Assembly: GCA_963666315.2 (NCBI GenBank)
Contig: CAXXHG010000043.1
Coordinates: forward strand, 96,001 to 160,000
DNA: 64,000 nucleotides
Source of the DNA: Candidatus Binatia bacterium
GTDB lineage: Bacteria > Desulfobacterota > Binatia > Bin18
Direction of reading: 5' to 3'
Under the pieces are notes generated by a model that saw only the letters and a program-made list of their open reading frames with translations, was not told where the DNA came from and ran no database searches. Positions 48,845-59,858 of the stretch are shown piece after piece (the first letter of the stretch is position 1; every line of letters begins with the position of its first letter). A program made the translations under genes and the position numbers.

Positions 48845-49367
48845 ATGCAAGCATAAATCGAAGAGAGTCGTCGACAGGACGTCCGACACCGAATATCGCA
48901 CGATCGAAGCCTTTATCCACAAAGAAGCCCGGCTGGCAAACGAGTCACACCAAGACAAATGGGATGCTCTGTAGGACGATGACGCCTTCCATTGGGTGCC
49001 CGCCTCATCGATCGACAACGTCAATCCCGAACGCAAGATTTTACACATTTATGACAACCGGCCTCGCATTGTGATACGGATGAGGCTGCTCCAAAGCGGA
49101 CTTCACCATAGTCAAGCGCCAGGGTTTCCGATGCGGCGCCTGATCTGGAACATTAAAGTCGAGAAAGCTAACGTCGGCGACTGTATCCCGGACTCTAACT
49201 TTTCGTTACTCGAACTCTCCATACAAGCCCAACAGGAAACACATCTCTGGGCCGGTCGAATTATTTACAAACTACGTCAAGTCGATGAAAATCTCAAAAT
49301 GTTTTGGAAACAGGCACTTCTCGGCGACGCAGCTGAAGCACCGCAAAACTTGACGTTTCTGGTTTAA
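48845..49367 (+). pseudogene. Decayed dioxygenase beta subunit
   Basis: IEAFIHKEARL...WDAL*DDDAFHWVP...IYDNR...PMRR...LTFLV; TAG at 48972. Confidence 0.75.
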
Positions 49368-49408
49368 AGAGGTCGGAGCTTACGCTACGCGTACGATTAT
49401 CCGCCCCC

Positions 49409-51781
49409 TCACGGCAATGGCCCATCTTTCAAAAACCCTCGAATCACATTCTCGGTTAGGCGGGACACATTATTGTCGTAGTTATTGTGTGACAGACTGC
49501 CGCACCATGCCATTGAGCTAGCAGAGAACACAGCCCCGTCGTTTGGGGTTTTGAAATATACCATGTCAGCGCGGATATAGGGATTTTGATCGCCGGTACC
49601 GCCTGCCGCGAAATACCCACGGGCGTTGAAGGTCGATTCTTCTGAGACTGTAACAAAGATGTCATTATGCCCCTCGGAATGAGCGAGGAGCAATGCGTTA
49701 TGCGGAGTGCCAAGTTCTAGGTCGTAACGGTCCAGCTCAAGCCCGGCGGCGCCGCCACCGACTAGGCCGAAATTACCAATCGGCTCATCCTCGCCTATGC
49801 CTTCGAACATCCAAGAACATTCAGGGCGAAAACTGTCCGGCGCGCGACGGTAGTAGCTCGAGGCGGTCAGCCCAAACGACGTGAAGCTTACCCCGGTCAG
49901 CTTGCTCATATTTCGGCCCCTTACCCGCCACAGACCGCCGTGTTTTCCGTCAAAGGCATTACAGTATTCACCTGGATTCATCGTCCAGGCTCGCGTACCG
50001 TTATCTCCTTTGCGGACCTCTATAATACCGGGATTATCGGGATGAAAGACTGTACACCAGTAAAAGCCATTGGCTGCCAGATAGAGCCAGCGGCCGCCTT
50101 GCTCCTGGTAGGCCTCATAGGCATCCAGCATCTCTTCCGAGCAGTACTCAGGATGATGACAGGTTAGCACCACACGGTACTGCTTGAGCAGCTCAACCCC
50201 TTCGAGCTGGAGATCTTCATCAGTATGGATGTCAAAATCAAATTCCATAGTTTCGAGCCAGTCGGTGAGATGCAAGTCTGCATTGAGCTGCCACACGGAG
50301 GGGGAGAGGACATGAGAATATTTGGGCCGCATGTTCAAAATAGGCCGCAGTCGTGACGAGAAGTGCACACCCCAACCGTCGCTATGAACGGTGTAGGTGC
50401 CATACCCATAGCCGTCTTTTTCTTGCAGTAGGAGATCGCCTGGCTGCATAAGTGGAACGCGGCCGGTAAGCAATTGAGCGACCTGCGAATCCGCACTCAG
50501 GTTTTCATTGGCATACGCCATATAACTCGCAGTGGGAATAATCACCGCGATCTTAGCTGTTGGTTTTCCAGTTGGGGGTCGGACGAAGAAGGGAATATAG
50601 TCCTCACTGCCAGCAGTAACCCGACCTCCCAAACACAGACGAGCGGCATAAACCCCGCTTTTCATTGTTTCGGGAATGGTCAGTTCGAAATCCACGTCCC
50701 AGCGAGCATCGTCGACCGCATCATCATGAAAGTGAATCGCACTGTACTCTTGGGGCGCGGCAGCAAAGCTCATATAGTCGGAAGTCCAGTTGTGGCCGGG
50801 CATGCCCCGCGCCGGCAGGTTGATACAGTGACCGTGTAGGCGATGCAACGAGTCGTCTAGCACCTGAGTCGAGGCAGCATTGGGCACAATATTCGCCGCA
50901 AAGTCCCAGGACGCTACGACAGCGGGTCGTAGATCCGTAGGTAACGGCCGTGGTCCTCGCAGGACGCTTTCGATTTCAGCACGCTCGAGTACACGATTGG
51001 CAATAGCCGGACGCTCGATGCGACCGTTGAATTTTGCTCCGTGCTCAGGAATCTCAACCGGCGATAGTATGTGTTTGAAATGGCCGCCGCATATGTAGCG
51101 GCCAGAGTGAGCTTGTATTGTTGCTGCGGCAATGAGAATGGGGCAGTCATTCGTAGCTGGTACTTGGGGTGAGCCTCGTAGGTCCACTTCAGTCGAGGTT
51201 TCTTCAATCGGGTGCACCAACCGCATCCCGTGGCCGCTATTGGTACTCGTCACAATCGGCTGTTGAAAGAGTCTCACCTTTCCGGTCGTGGCGTTAAAGT
51301 TAGCAGCCGCGAGATACCATACCTTGCGGAACATCGGTTTGCCCGAAGAAAAGCGCTCGACCGCGCCCGTCCCCCGGCCAATCCACAATGCCAGCTTGCC
51401 TTGCTCATCAATAAACAACCCATACCCAGTTTCATCTGGCTCGGACCATTTTGTCACAATACCTTGGATCCCCTTTGGCATTGTGGGGAAGATAAGCGCC
51501 ATGAGGGTGAAGCTACTCAGGTCAAACTGCGCATCGTGTGGAACACAAATATATGACCCAGCATGGACAGCTTGGTGACGGCCGGGATATTCACCAGTCA
51601 CCATGGTCTCAATCTCTTCTTCTTTATAGCCGGGTCCGTCTGGATTAGTATCCCCATGGATGAGCCGAATGATGTCGGCCTGGTATGATTCACTCCGTTC
51701 AGAGTGGACATAAAACCGGATCGTCTGTCCGGGTTGAACAGAAATACGGTCACTATAACCAGTGACACCAAGCGTTGTCAT
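49409..51781 (-). CDS. dmfA2: N,N-dimethylformamidase large subunit
   Basis: 790 aa; GYSDRISV.PG, HGDTNPDGPG, HFHDD, YMAYAN, Y..HSDG.GV..SSRLRP, HPEY, ANGFYW, GLELDR, VSRLTENV. Confidence 0.9.
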   Translation of the reverse strand: MTTLGVTGYSDRISVQPGQTIRFYVHSERSESYQADIIRLIHGDTNPDGPGYKEEEIETMVTGEYPGRHQAVHAGSYICVPHDAQFDLSSFTLMALIFPTMPKGIQGIVTKWSEPDETGYGLFIDEQGKLALWIGRGTGAVERFSSGKPMFRKVWYLAAANFNATTGKVRLFQQPIVTSTNSGHGMRLVHPIEETSTEVDLRGSPQVPATNDCPILIAAATIQAHSGRYICGGHFKHILSPVEIPEHGAKFNGRIERPAIANRVLERAEIESVLRGPRPLPTDLRPAVVASWDFAANIVPNAASTQVLDDSLHRLHGHCINLPARGMPGHNWTSDYMSFAAAPQEYSAIHFHDDAVDDARWDVDFELTIPETMKSGVYAARLCLGGRVTAGSEDYIPFFVRPPTGKPTAKIAVIIPTASYMAYANENLSADSQVAQLLTGRVPLMQPGDLLLQEKDGYGYGTYTVHSDGWGVHFSSRLRPILNMRPKYSHVLSPSVWQLNADLHLTDWLETMEFDFDIHTDEDLQLEGVELLKQYRVVLTCHHPEYCSEEMLDAYEAYQEQGGRWLYLAANGFYWCTVFHPDNPGIIEVRKGDNGTRAWTMNPGEYCNAFDGKHGGLWRVRGRNMSKLTGVSFTSFGLTASSYYRRAPDSFRPECSWMFEGIGEDEPIGNFGLVGGGAAGLELDRYDLELGTPHNALLLAHSEGHNDIFVTVSEESTFNARGYFAAGGTGDQNPYIRADMVYFKTPNDGAVFSASSMAWCGSLSHNNYDNNVSRLTENVIRGFLKDGPLP

Positions 51782-51861
51782 ACATCTCTCCTATTTTTTC
51801 TCACCCGACGGAAAACGCTGTCTTGCCGGCGAAAATAGATGCCTAGATCTGAGGGAAGTTC

Positions 51862-52284
51862 CTAGTCTTTGATCCCGTACGCTTCAAGCAATGCGTCTAG
51901 ACGTTTGAGGAAAATAGCGTGCTCTGCTTCTTCGCGAGTTGGATATGCTTCGTCCGTAATCGCAACAGATTGGCCACGTACGCCGGGAAGGACACCGATA
52001 CGATATTCCTCCCAGGGCTTAGTCTCGACAATGATGTGTTTGCCTTGTTGCGGCACGACGCGCAAGCGGTCTAGCAGACGAGCAAGCTCAGGACTGTCTA
52101 TGGGAGCAGGCTTGCCGGGCTGAGCGGCTTCGTAAATCGGTCGGGCGCGATGTTCGGCGATCAACACCGCACGGTGTTCGCGATCATTGAGGGCCGGGAG
52201 AAGATACATGCGGGTATTATAGTCATCCACTGCGCGGTAGGCGTAATCCTCTTGAAGGGCAGTCTTTTCCGGCTTGTTCTCCAT
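51862..52284 (-). CDS. dmfA1: N,N-dimethylformamidase small subunit
   Basis: LIAEHRARP...SPELARLL..LR...GK...EEAEHAIF.KRL; immediately upstream of the large subunit. Confidence 0.75.
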   Translation of the reverse strand: MENKPEKTALQEDYAYRAVDDYNTRMYLLPALNDREHRAVLIAEHRARPIYEAAQPGKPAPIDSPELARLLDRLRVVPQQGKHIIVETKPWEEYRIGVLPGVRGQSVAITDEAYPTREEAEHAIFLKRLDALLEAYGIKD

Positions 52285-52388
52285 CCATCCTCCCTGCGTC
52301 CCTTTTCAACTTAAGAGATCAGTATGCTACACTGCGCTGCCGCATTGATAAAGTAAGCATTTTTGGCAGGTACTGACCTATACTGTTC

Positions 52389-52982
52389 ATGCTTAAAGGA
52401 GTCTTAATGTCAGACGCACCCATTAGCCGCTACCCAGTGACCAAGCTCGAAGATTTACCTGACGACGTTCGTACTCGCATCACCGAGGTACAGGCAAAGG
52501 CCGGGTTTATTCCCAACGTCTTTCTTGCCCTAGCCCATCGGCCTGCTGAGTTTCGCGCTTTTTTTGACTATCACGACGCGCTCATGCTCAAAGACAGTGG
52601 CCTATCAAAAGCGGATCGTGAAATGATAGTCGTGGCAACCAGCGCAGCGAACGATTGTCATTACTGTGTGATTGCCCATGGGGCCATTCTGCGTATTTAC
52701 GCCAAGAATCCACTGATTGCCGACCAAGTTGCGGTGAATTATCGCAAAGCCGATATCACACCACGACAACGCGCAATGTTAGACTTCGCGCTCAAGATCA
52801 CCCTCCATGCTCAGGAGATTGAAGAAGCAGACCATGGCCGACTCCGGGAGCACGGTTTTAGCGACGAAGATATCTGGGATATCGGCGCGATTAGCGCGTT
52901 CTTTGCCCTCTCCAATCGGATGGCACATCTCACCGATATGCGGCCGAACGATGAGTTTTATACCATGGGCCGGGGACGCTAG
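52389..52982 (+). CDS. Peroxidase-related AhpD/CMD family protein
   Basis: GFIPNVF, EMIVVATSAANDCHYCVIAHGA, SNRMA, PNDEFY. Confidence 0.9.
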   Translation: MLKGVLMSDAPISRYPVTKLEDLPDDVRTRITEVQAKAGFIPNVFLALAHRPAEFRAFFDYHDALMLKDSGLSKADREMIVVATSAANDCHYCVIAHGAILRIYAKNPLIADQVAVNYRKADITPRQRAMLDFALKITLHAQEIEEADHGRLREHGFSDEDIWDIGAISAFFALSNRMAHLTDMRPNDEFYTMGRGR

Positions 52983-52988
52983 GGCCAG

Positions 52989-53864
52989 CTATACTGCCGG
53001 TACTTGGGCTTTCACGTCAGCCAAAAAATCGAGCACGGCTTTGCTGAAGATGTCATTCTTATCTCCTGCAACCATATGCCCGGCGTCAGACACATCAACA
53101 TATTTGGCATGCGGAACAGCATCAAGAAATTCCTGCGTGGTTTCATCGCTAATGACGTCACTCAGCTTGCCACGGATAAGCAGAGTCGGGACGCGCAACG
53201 CACGGGCTGCCTTCAGCATCCGCTCGGGATCCCGTCTCAAGCGGGCAGGGTTCAGCATGTTCGGGTCCCAATGCCAGCGGTAGCGGCCATCCTCTCCTTT
53301 GCGCAGGTTTTTTTCCAGCCCGCTCAAATCCTTGGGGCGGGGACGGTGTGGAATGTATTCGGCAATCGTGTCCGCGACTTCTTCGAGGCTAGCAAAGCCG
53401 TCAGGCCGGGCCGTCATAAAGGCGCGTATGCGATCGACGCCCTTCTGTTCAACCCGCGGCGTAATATCCACCAAGACAACACCGGCGCTGATCGGCTCAG
53501 GAGACTCACCCTCAGTGAGTAAGGACGTCATGCCGCCGAGCGAGGCACCGACGAGTACCGGTCGTTGGTCGAAATGGCTCAATATCGTGTGTAGATCGGC
53601 AACATATTTATCGATATGGTAATCCCCATCCGGGGCCCAGTTACTCTCTCCGTACCCACGTAGATCGAGGGACACCGCATACCAGCCCTGCTCGGCCAGA
53701 GTCTGTGCGGTGTTACCCCAGGCATGCCGGGTTTGTCCGCCGCCGTGCAGGAGCAGGGCCGGCACATTCGTTTTGTCTCCCCAGGCGTCTCCAACAATAG
53801 AGAGTCCCTCTTCGACGTCATACGTAACTCGTTGTGCTGAAAAGATGGCTGGCTGTGCTGTCAT
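52989..53864 (-). CDS. Alpha/beta hydrolase
   Basis: HGGGQTRHAW, GASLGG, AGHMVAGD. Confidence 0.9.
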   Translation of the reverse strand: MTAQPAIFSAQRVTYDVEEGLSIVGDAWGDKTNVPALLLHGGGQTRHAWGNTAQTLAEQGWYAVSLDLRGYGESNWAPDGDYHIDKYVADLHTILSHFDQRPVLVGASLGGMTSLLTEGESPEPISAGVVLVDITPRVEQKGVDRIRAFMTARPDGFASLEEVADTIAEYIPHRPRPKDLSGLEKNLRKGEDGRYRWHWDPNMLNPARLRRDPERMLKAARALRVPTLLIRGKLSDVISDETTQEFLDAVPHAKYVDVSDAGHMVAGDKNDIFSKAVLDFLADVKAQVPAV

Positions 53865-53995
53865 ACGTTTACTCCTGAATGCGTTCGCTATTGGTAACGC
53901 TTCATTGTCACACGGATCTTGCGCTTACGTCTTCTCCGTCTCTTACTGAGCTATCAGCTTTCCGGTATCCGCAGGCTCGTATGAGAGTCCCACGT

Positions 53996-54025
53996 CACGA
54001 TGAAACCAATCACGATGAAACCAAT
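53996..54025. repeat. 15-bp perfect tandem duplication
   Basis: CACGATGAAACCAAT x2, intergenic. Confidence 0.85.
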
Positions 54026-54174
54026 AAAGAGGGGAATGCGACGAAAGGTATGAACCGAGAAACAGGGGAGAGCTTACCATCCCGTCAGAACCGAGACAAG
54101 GCGACTACCTCAGACTGGAACAGGCCAAGACTATGCATATTATGGAAGAAACGAGAAACTGACCCACCCTGAGT

Positions 54175-56036
54175 CTAACTGCTCTGGGATGTCTCTCGAT
54201 GACACGGCAACCAGATACGAAAAGTCGTCCCGTGTCCCACTTCGCTTTCGACTGTGACTGTCCCGCCAAGAAGGGTCACAAATCGTTTCACGATGTTGAG
54301 ACCCAGACCCGATCCTTTGAGGAGGCCGTTTGCCGAGTTATCGACTTGTTGAAAGGGTTCAAAGATGCGGGCCAGTTCGTCTGACGGAATCCCGATCCCA
54401 GTTTTGACCACGCTGATTTCGATGCCACCTTGCTGAGAGCGTACGACGACGCTCACACTCCCGTTTTGGGTAAATTTGACTGCATTTCCAATCAGACTTT
54501 TGACTATGACTTTGAGTTTGCGCAGATCCGTCTGCATGGGGGGCAGGTTTGAGTCTACGCTCCAGACAAACGAGAGCGAAGATTGATCTTGCAGCCCCTG
54601 AGTTTCAGCTTGGATCTCTGAGATAAGCGTACGAATTTCGACGGCCTGACAGTGCACGGGTAGCTGACCTGCTTCAAGGCGATTCAGATCGAGTAACGCC
54701 GTAATAAGATCGAGCAAATCTGTCGCACTTTTCCGAATGCGCTGCAGCCCCGTCCGCTGCTCAGCGTCTAGATTGCCGTTCTCGTCATCTTCCAGCAGGT
54801 CGCTATAACCAAGAATTACCGTAAGCGGAGTGCGAAGTTCATGCGACATGGTGGACAGAAATTCCGGCTTTGCGCGGGCGGCTTCTTCCGCCGCCTCCTT
54901 CGCATGCAGGAGTTCTCGTTCTGCCTTTTGCGCTCTGTCACGTCCCGATAGATGCCCTGAAAACCAGTCTGTCGTCCGCTGCTGTCACGGATAAACCGCG
55001 TGCGCCCTTCCGTCGTTAAAACGCTGCCATCTTGACACACCCATTCGACTTCGAAAATCGACGGGACCTTCTCCCCCGTCAGTATCCGTTGATGGTCGGC
55101 TTCCGCCTCCCGAGCAGCCTCGGGTGTCAGCCAGGTGCGATAATGCGTGCCACACATCTCTTCACGCGACCGGCCCAACATCAATTCGAGACTCCGGTTC
55201 ACGGTGAGTACTGTTCCGTCTAAGGCAAAGGTAGCGATACCGTCGCTGGTATTTTCAAATAGCTCCCGATAGCGCATCTCCGATTCATGCACGGCGTCCT
55301 CAGCCCGTTTTCTCTCGGTGAGATCAACCCCATAGGCACGCACGAGCCGCATTTCCGGCAAGGGGGAAAAAGACGAGGCATAACACCAGCGTCCATTATC
55401 GACATCAACCCCCTGCACGGTGAGCTGCGTCTGCAGACACTCCTGAATAAGAGACATGAGATTAGCCGGAAGAATGGTGGGAAACGCAGTGTCTGAGAAT
55501 CCCACCTGTACGAGGAGATCCCTCATCGCGGGATTAGCGTAGACCATATTGGCATAGCTATCGAATTCGACGATGGGTCCGGGGCTCTCTTCCGGAATAG
55601 AAATGAGCCGCTGCCGCTCCCGCTCAAGTTCAAGCTGACGGCTGACATCTCGAAAAGAGATCAGCACTCCGCTGACCGACTCTTCGAGCAGCGGGATGCA
55701 TTCGCATTCAACAGGCTGTCGTCGTCCTCCCTGCACCTGAAGGAAGGTGAGTGTCGGGCGGACGGACCGTCCAGTTTGGAGTACGTAGTTGACTGGGCAG
55801 CCGACTTGGCTGCATGCATCTACTTCCTGGCTGGCGGCGTCTGCTTCAATATGGCACTGGGTACGCCGAAAAGACTGTCCATGACAATCGTCCCCCCGCT
55901 GTCCAATCAACTTTTCCCCTGCAGGGTTGATAAAGAGGATCTGCCCGTTGGTATCAACGCAACACACGCCAAACGGAATCGCACGGACAAGCGCCTGGAG
56001 ATAGTCCGAACGCATGTCCGGTGCATCCGTCCTCAA
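54175..56036 (-). pseudogene. PAS-domain histidine kinase, frameshifted near 54920
   Basis: PAS repeats ending DLTERK and DVTERK; MSHELRTPL, GNAVKFT, GIGI, GSGLGL in the next frame. Confidence 0.85.
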
Positions 56037-56087
56037 GGTGTGTCAAAACAAGGAGTCTGGAAGGCCATGCAGCTAGTACCCTTCGGC

Positions 56088-57446
56088 TTAGCTGCCAACG
56101 ATGTCCATATTCTCGGTAGTCGGGTTGAGGACATTCCGAACCGTCCGCGGCTCATCCCCACTTTCATCCACAAGGTCAATAATCACTACCTCAGAAAGGG
56201 ACTGTCGGGCTCGATCAGTGACGAGTTTGACTGTAGGTTTGAGCGCATCTGTTGGGTTCGTAGCGATCACCACCCCACGCTCTCCGGTATTCAGCTCAAC
56301 AAGCGCACCAACCGGATACAGACCCAGAAAACGGATCAGCAGGCTGACCTGTATGGCGTCAAAGGCACCACACAACCCCATCTGGTAGAGTTCCCGTAGA
56401 GCCTGCGTTGACAACGGCGGAGGAAACTCACCATTCCCCTGCAGCATGGCATCATAGGTATCTGTCATGCCCACAATCTGGCTGAGCGTCGAGATCGTCT
56501 CGCCCTGGAGCCCGTAGGGATACCCGGATCCATCAGGTCGTTCATGATGCTCAATGACCACTCGACATACGTCTTCAGACACGCCGGAGCTGCGTAGCAT
56601 AACCGCTCCAAGTTCGGGATGTTTCTGCATCAACTTGCGTTCTTGGGGCGTGTACAGACCGCTTTTGCGTCAAATATTACGTGGCAAACGAATTTGTCCC
56701 ACATCATGCAGATAAGCACCTGTGGCCAAAGTTTGGAGGAGCTCGGAGACCAACTCTTGCCCCTTGCCCATAACGAGGGACAAGACGCACACATTCACCG
56801 TATGGGTAAACAACTCCGCATCGAACTGGCGAATCTGGACGAGAAATAACGACGCTTCCGGGCAACGCCACACACTGTCCATCAAGCCGTGTACCGCCGC
56901 CTTGATGCGGGCATCATTAATGCGGGCTCCGGTCCCCACCCCGTCAAAAACACTTTGCGCCGTTTTGAGGGCTTCTTTCCGAACGTTCTGCGCGTTTGCA
57001 AGTTCATTGTTGAGAGCGTTCAAAGCCGCCGGCCCTCTGCATTTGGTTGGCGCGGGTTCGGCATCCTCTTCAACTGCCATGGGCTTTTGCTCAGCCGCCT
57101 CAACCCTGACCGGTCGAGCCAGGTCCACACTAGGAGCTTCTTCGGAGACAACGCCAGGTTCTTGCAGAGATTCTTGCAGAGCCCTTGCCACTGGAAGAAC
57201 CGGCGGTGTAGACACAGCTTCGCTTGCACAGTCCTTGCCCGGTTCAGGAGCAATCGCGACCTGGCGGATGCCGGCCTGGCGTAATATATCGATATCATCT
57301 TCCCCGCAAATCCAACGCTTGTGGAAGAGAAATGGTGTCTTGAACCATGACTGATCTACTCCGACAAGGAACATGCCGGCGGTCAGCTGATCGATGTGAA
57401 TCTGCTTACGCATAACTTCCCCCGTTTGCCTCTCGCTCAGGAACAC
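56088..57446 (-). pseudogene. HD-GYP c-di-GMP phosphodiesterase with DUF3391-like N-terminus, frameshifted near 56668
   Basis: LTAGMF...W...PF, HTVNV, LHDVG, HHERPDGSGYP.GL, GLYPVG.LVELN.GE. Confidence 0.85.
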
Positions 57447-57583
57447 GCAGAGAGACCCCTGCTCCCTATAGTCAGTAATCGCAGGAAAGTGCGGTTTGTT
57501 TATTTTTTATTGTATTGTCTGAAACTTGCGGGAACTTGCCTTCCTTCAGGAAGATTCGTACACAACAGGCAGAGGAGGAAAAC

Positions 57584-59062
57584 ATGATTGCAGATGAGAG
57601 AGGCCAAATAAGCGACAGAGACGAGATATGCTGGATGTCGGCAATAGATCTGGCGAGAGCGATTCGGCGAAAACAGGTGTCCCCAGTTGAAGTGACACGA
57701 GCCGTGCTCAATCGTATTGAGCGGCTTAACTCACAGCTCAATGCCTTTGTCACACTCACCCCACACGCTGCTATGCGAGAGGCACGGAGAGCAGAGCAGG
57801 TCCTCATGCAGCGGTCCGCCTCGATTGGCCCACTACACGGTGTTCCCTTCTCAACGAAGGATTTGGTCACGACCAAGGGCATTCGGACAACGTTTGGGTC
57901 GCCGCTCTTCGCGGACAATATTCCGACCGAAGATGCGCCCATGGTGGCTCGCCTACGGGCAGCAGGGGCGATTCAGCTTGGGAAAACGAATACGCCGACT
58001 TTCGGCTGGCTCGGAGTGACGCACAATCTCCTATTTGGCTCCACCCGGAATCCGTGGAATCCGGATCGTACCCCGGGCGGCTCAAGCGGCGGTGCCGGGG
58101 CTGCGGTTGCAGCCGGGATGGGGCCGCTGGCCATAGGCACGGACGGCGGAGGCTCTATCCGTATCCCTGCTTCCTTCAGCGGTGTGTACGGCATCAAACC
58201 CTCTTTTGGCCGAATTCCCGTCTACCCACCGAGTGGAGCCTGGAGCCTGTCTCACGTTGGGCCGATGACGCGCACCGTGGCAGACGCGGCACTCATGCTC
58301 AACGTCAGTGCCGGACCGGACGGGCGAGACCAATATTCGCTGCCGGCCGAAAAAACCAATTATGTCAAAGCGCTCAAGGTATCGCTCAAAGACTGGCGCG
58401 TAGCGTGGTGTGCCGACCTAGGCTTTACCAAGGCTATAGATCCTGAGATCAAAGCCATCTGCGCCACAGCAGCCCGACGCTTTCGGGAGTTCGGCTGTCG
58501 AGTTGAAACGGTCAAGCCCAACTGGCCAAATCCGCAAAAGGCATGGGAAGGGATTTTTTGTGGTGGGATTGCAGCCCGGTTAGCCCCGGCTCTCAAAACA
58601 CGCCGGTCGGTTATTGATCCGGGCCTGATCACACTGATTGAAAAGACCCAAAAGTGGAAACAACAGCACTACATCAACGCATGGTTGGAGCGGCTGGACT
58701 GGAATGCTGCTGTTCAGCGCTTGTTTGAGAAGTATACGCTGCTCATTACTCCAACCCTACCCTGCCGTCCGTTTGCGGTCGGGCTCGATAATCCCAGGTC
58801 GATCAACGGCACACGGCTTGCCCCGTATGAGTGGCTGACGTTTACGTTTCCGTTTAATATGACAGGCAATCCAGCGGCTTCTATTCCGTGTGGTTTTACC
58901 ACCGACGGGCTGCCGGTTGGACTCCAGATTGTCGGCCGTCGTTTTGACGATGTGAGTGTGCTGCAAGCCTCAGCAGCTTTTGAGCAGGCGGCTCCGTGGG
59001 CGGATAACAGGCCGTCGGTGGGTACTGTCAAGTTACCAGGGCAGAGCGCAAAACTCACGTAG
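57584..59062 (+). CDS. Amidase (amidase signature family); final codons supplied by the IS
   Basis: GPLHGVP..KD, GKTNTP, PGGSSGGAG, GTDGGGSIRIPA, GLPVGLQ. Confidence 0.92.
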   Translation: MIADERGQISDRDEICWMSAIDLARAIRRKQVSPVEVTRAVLNRIERLNSQLNAFVTLTPHAAMREARRAEQVLMQRSASIGPLHGVPFSTKDLVTTKGIRTTFGSPLFADNIPTEDAPMVARLRAAGAIQLGKTNTPTFGWLGVTHNLLFGSTRNPWNPDRTPGGSSGGAGAAVAAGMGPLAIGTDGGGSIRIPASFSGVYGIKPSFGRIPVYPPSGAWSLSHVGPMTRTVADAALMLNVSAGPDGRDQYSLPAEKTNYVKALKVSLKDWRVAWCADLGFTKAIDPEIKAICATAARRFREFGCRVETVKPNWPNPQKAWEGIFCGGIAARLAPALKTRRSVIDPGLITLIEKTQKWKQQHYINAWLERLDWNAAVQRLFEKYTLLITPTLPCRPFAVGLDNPRSINGTRLAPYEWLTFTFPFNMTGNPAASIPCGFTTDGLPVGLQIVGRRFDDVSVLQASAAFEQAAPWADNRPSVGTVKLPGQSAKLT

Positions 59063-59858
59063 TGTGAGGTGGGATGAGGGTCGCCCTTACGCGGCCTCCA
59101 GACACGTTGTCACGTCGCGCCACGTCGCGAAAGCTCGATCCCGACACAGCCGATAATGGACCGCCCGCATCAGGTGGCGTCCAAGCCGAAAGAGATTATT
59201 GAGAGGTCCGTGGACGGAGAGAAACCGTTGGACGTGGCGTGGAGATTTAAATCGGCGCATCTGTCGTTCCCGCTGCCGGGTGGGTTGGTGTGAGACTTCG
59301 GCGCGGTTGTTGACGTACGGCCTTGTGCAGTGAGTCACCGACGGCATAATATCTCGGTGGGCTGCCCCATAGCTGCGCAGCTGGTCGGTGACCAACTGAT
59401 TTGGTACGTACTGTAACCCCCTCAACAACTTGCGGAAGAAGCGCTTGGCTGCCCCGGTATTCCGGCGTTTTTGCACGAGAATATCTAACACCTGCCCATC
59501 TTGATCCACGGCTCGCCACAAGTAGTACCGCGCTCCGCCTATCGTGATAAACATCTCATCGAGATACCGTGTATCGCCTGGTTGACCCGTCGATGGCGCA
59601 GCTTCTTGGCGAACGCCTGCCGAAACTTGAGACACCATAGGCGTACGGCCTCGTAGCTGACGATGACGCCACGCTCAGCCAACATCTCCTCGACATCCCG
59701 GAAACTCAGACTGAAGCGTGATACAGCCAGACCGCATGGCTGATGATCTCTGGGGGAAAGCGATGCTTTCGATACAGACTTATGGTACGAGAACTCATGC
59801 TCCAGTTACGGCATACGAAGCCGCCTTCTGGCAAGTCCCTCGATAACTTGACAGTACC
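59021..59858 (-). mobile_element. IS6 family insertion sequence (838 bp)
   Basis: Perfect 15-bp terminal inverted repeats GGTACTGTCAAGTTA / TAACTTGACAGTACC; no flanking direct repeat. Confidence 0.92.
59087..59798 (-). pseudogene. IS6 DDE transposase with two frameshifts
   Basis: HRFPPEII.HAVWLY, LSFRDVEEMLAERG, LDEMF, YLWRAVD, VTDQ, NNRAEVSH. Confidence 0.9.

Noticed and set aside
25550-48974. In-frame TAG codons (25550, 31618, 31855, 48972) as amber recoding or pyrrolysine
   Set aside because: They replace different expected residues (e.g. Glu, Trp) and two of the three genes carry other lesions. TAG also ends intact genes at normal C-termini (8161, 23087, 31324).
1-59020. Second att copy of the tRNA-Met 3' end delimiting the island
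   Set aside because: Not found by eye, so no island boundary is claimed.
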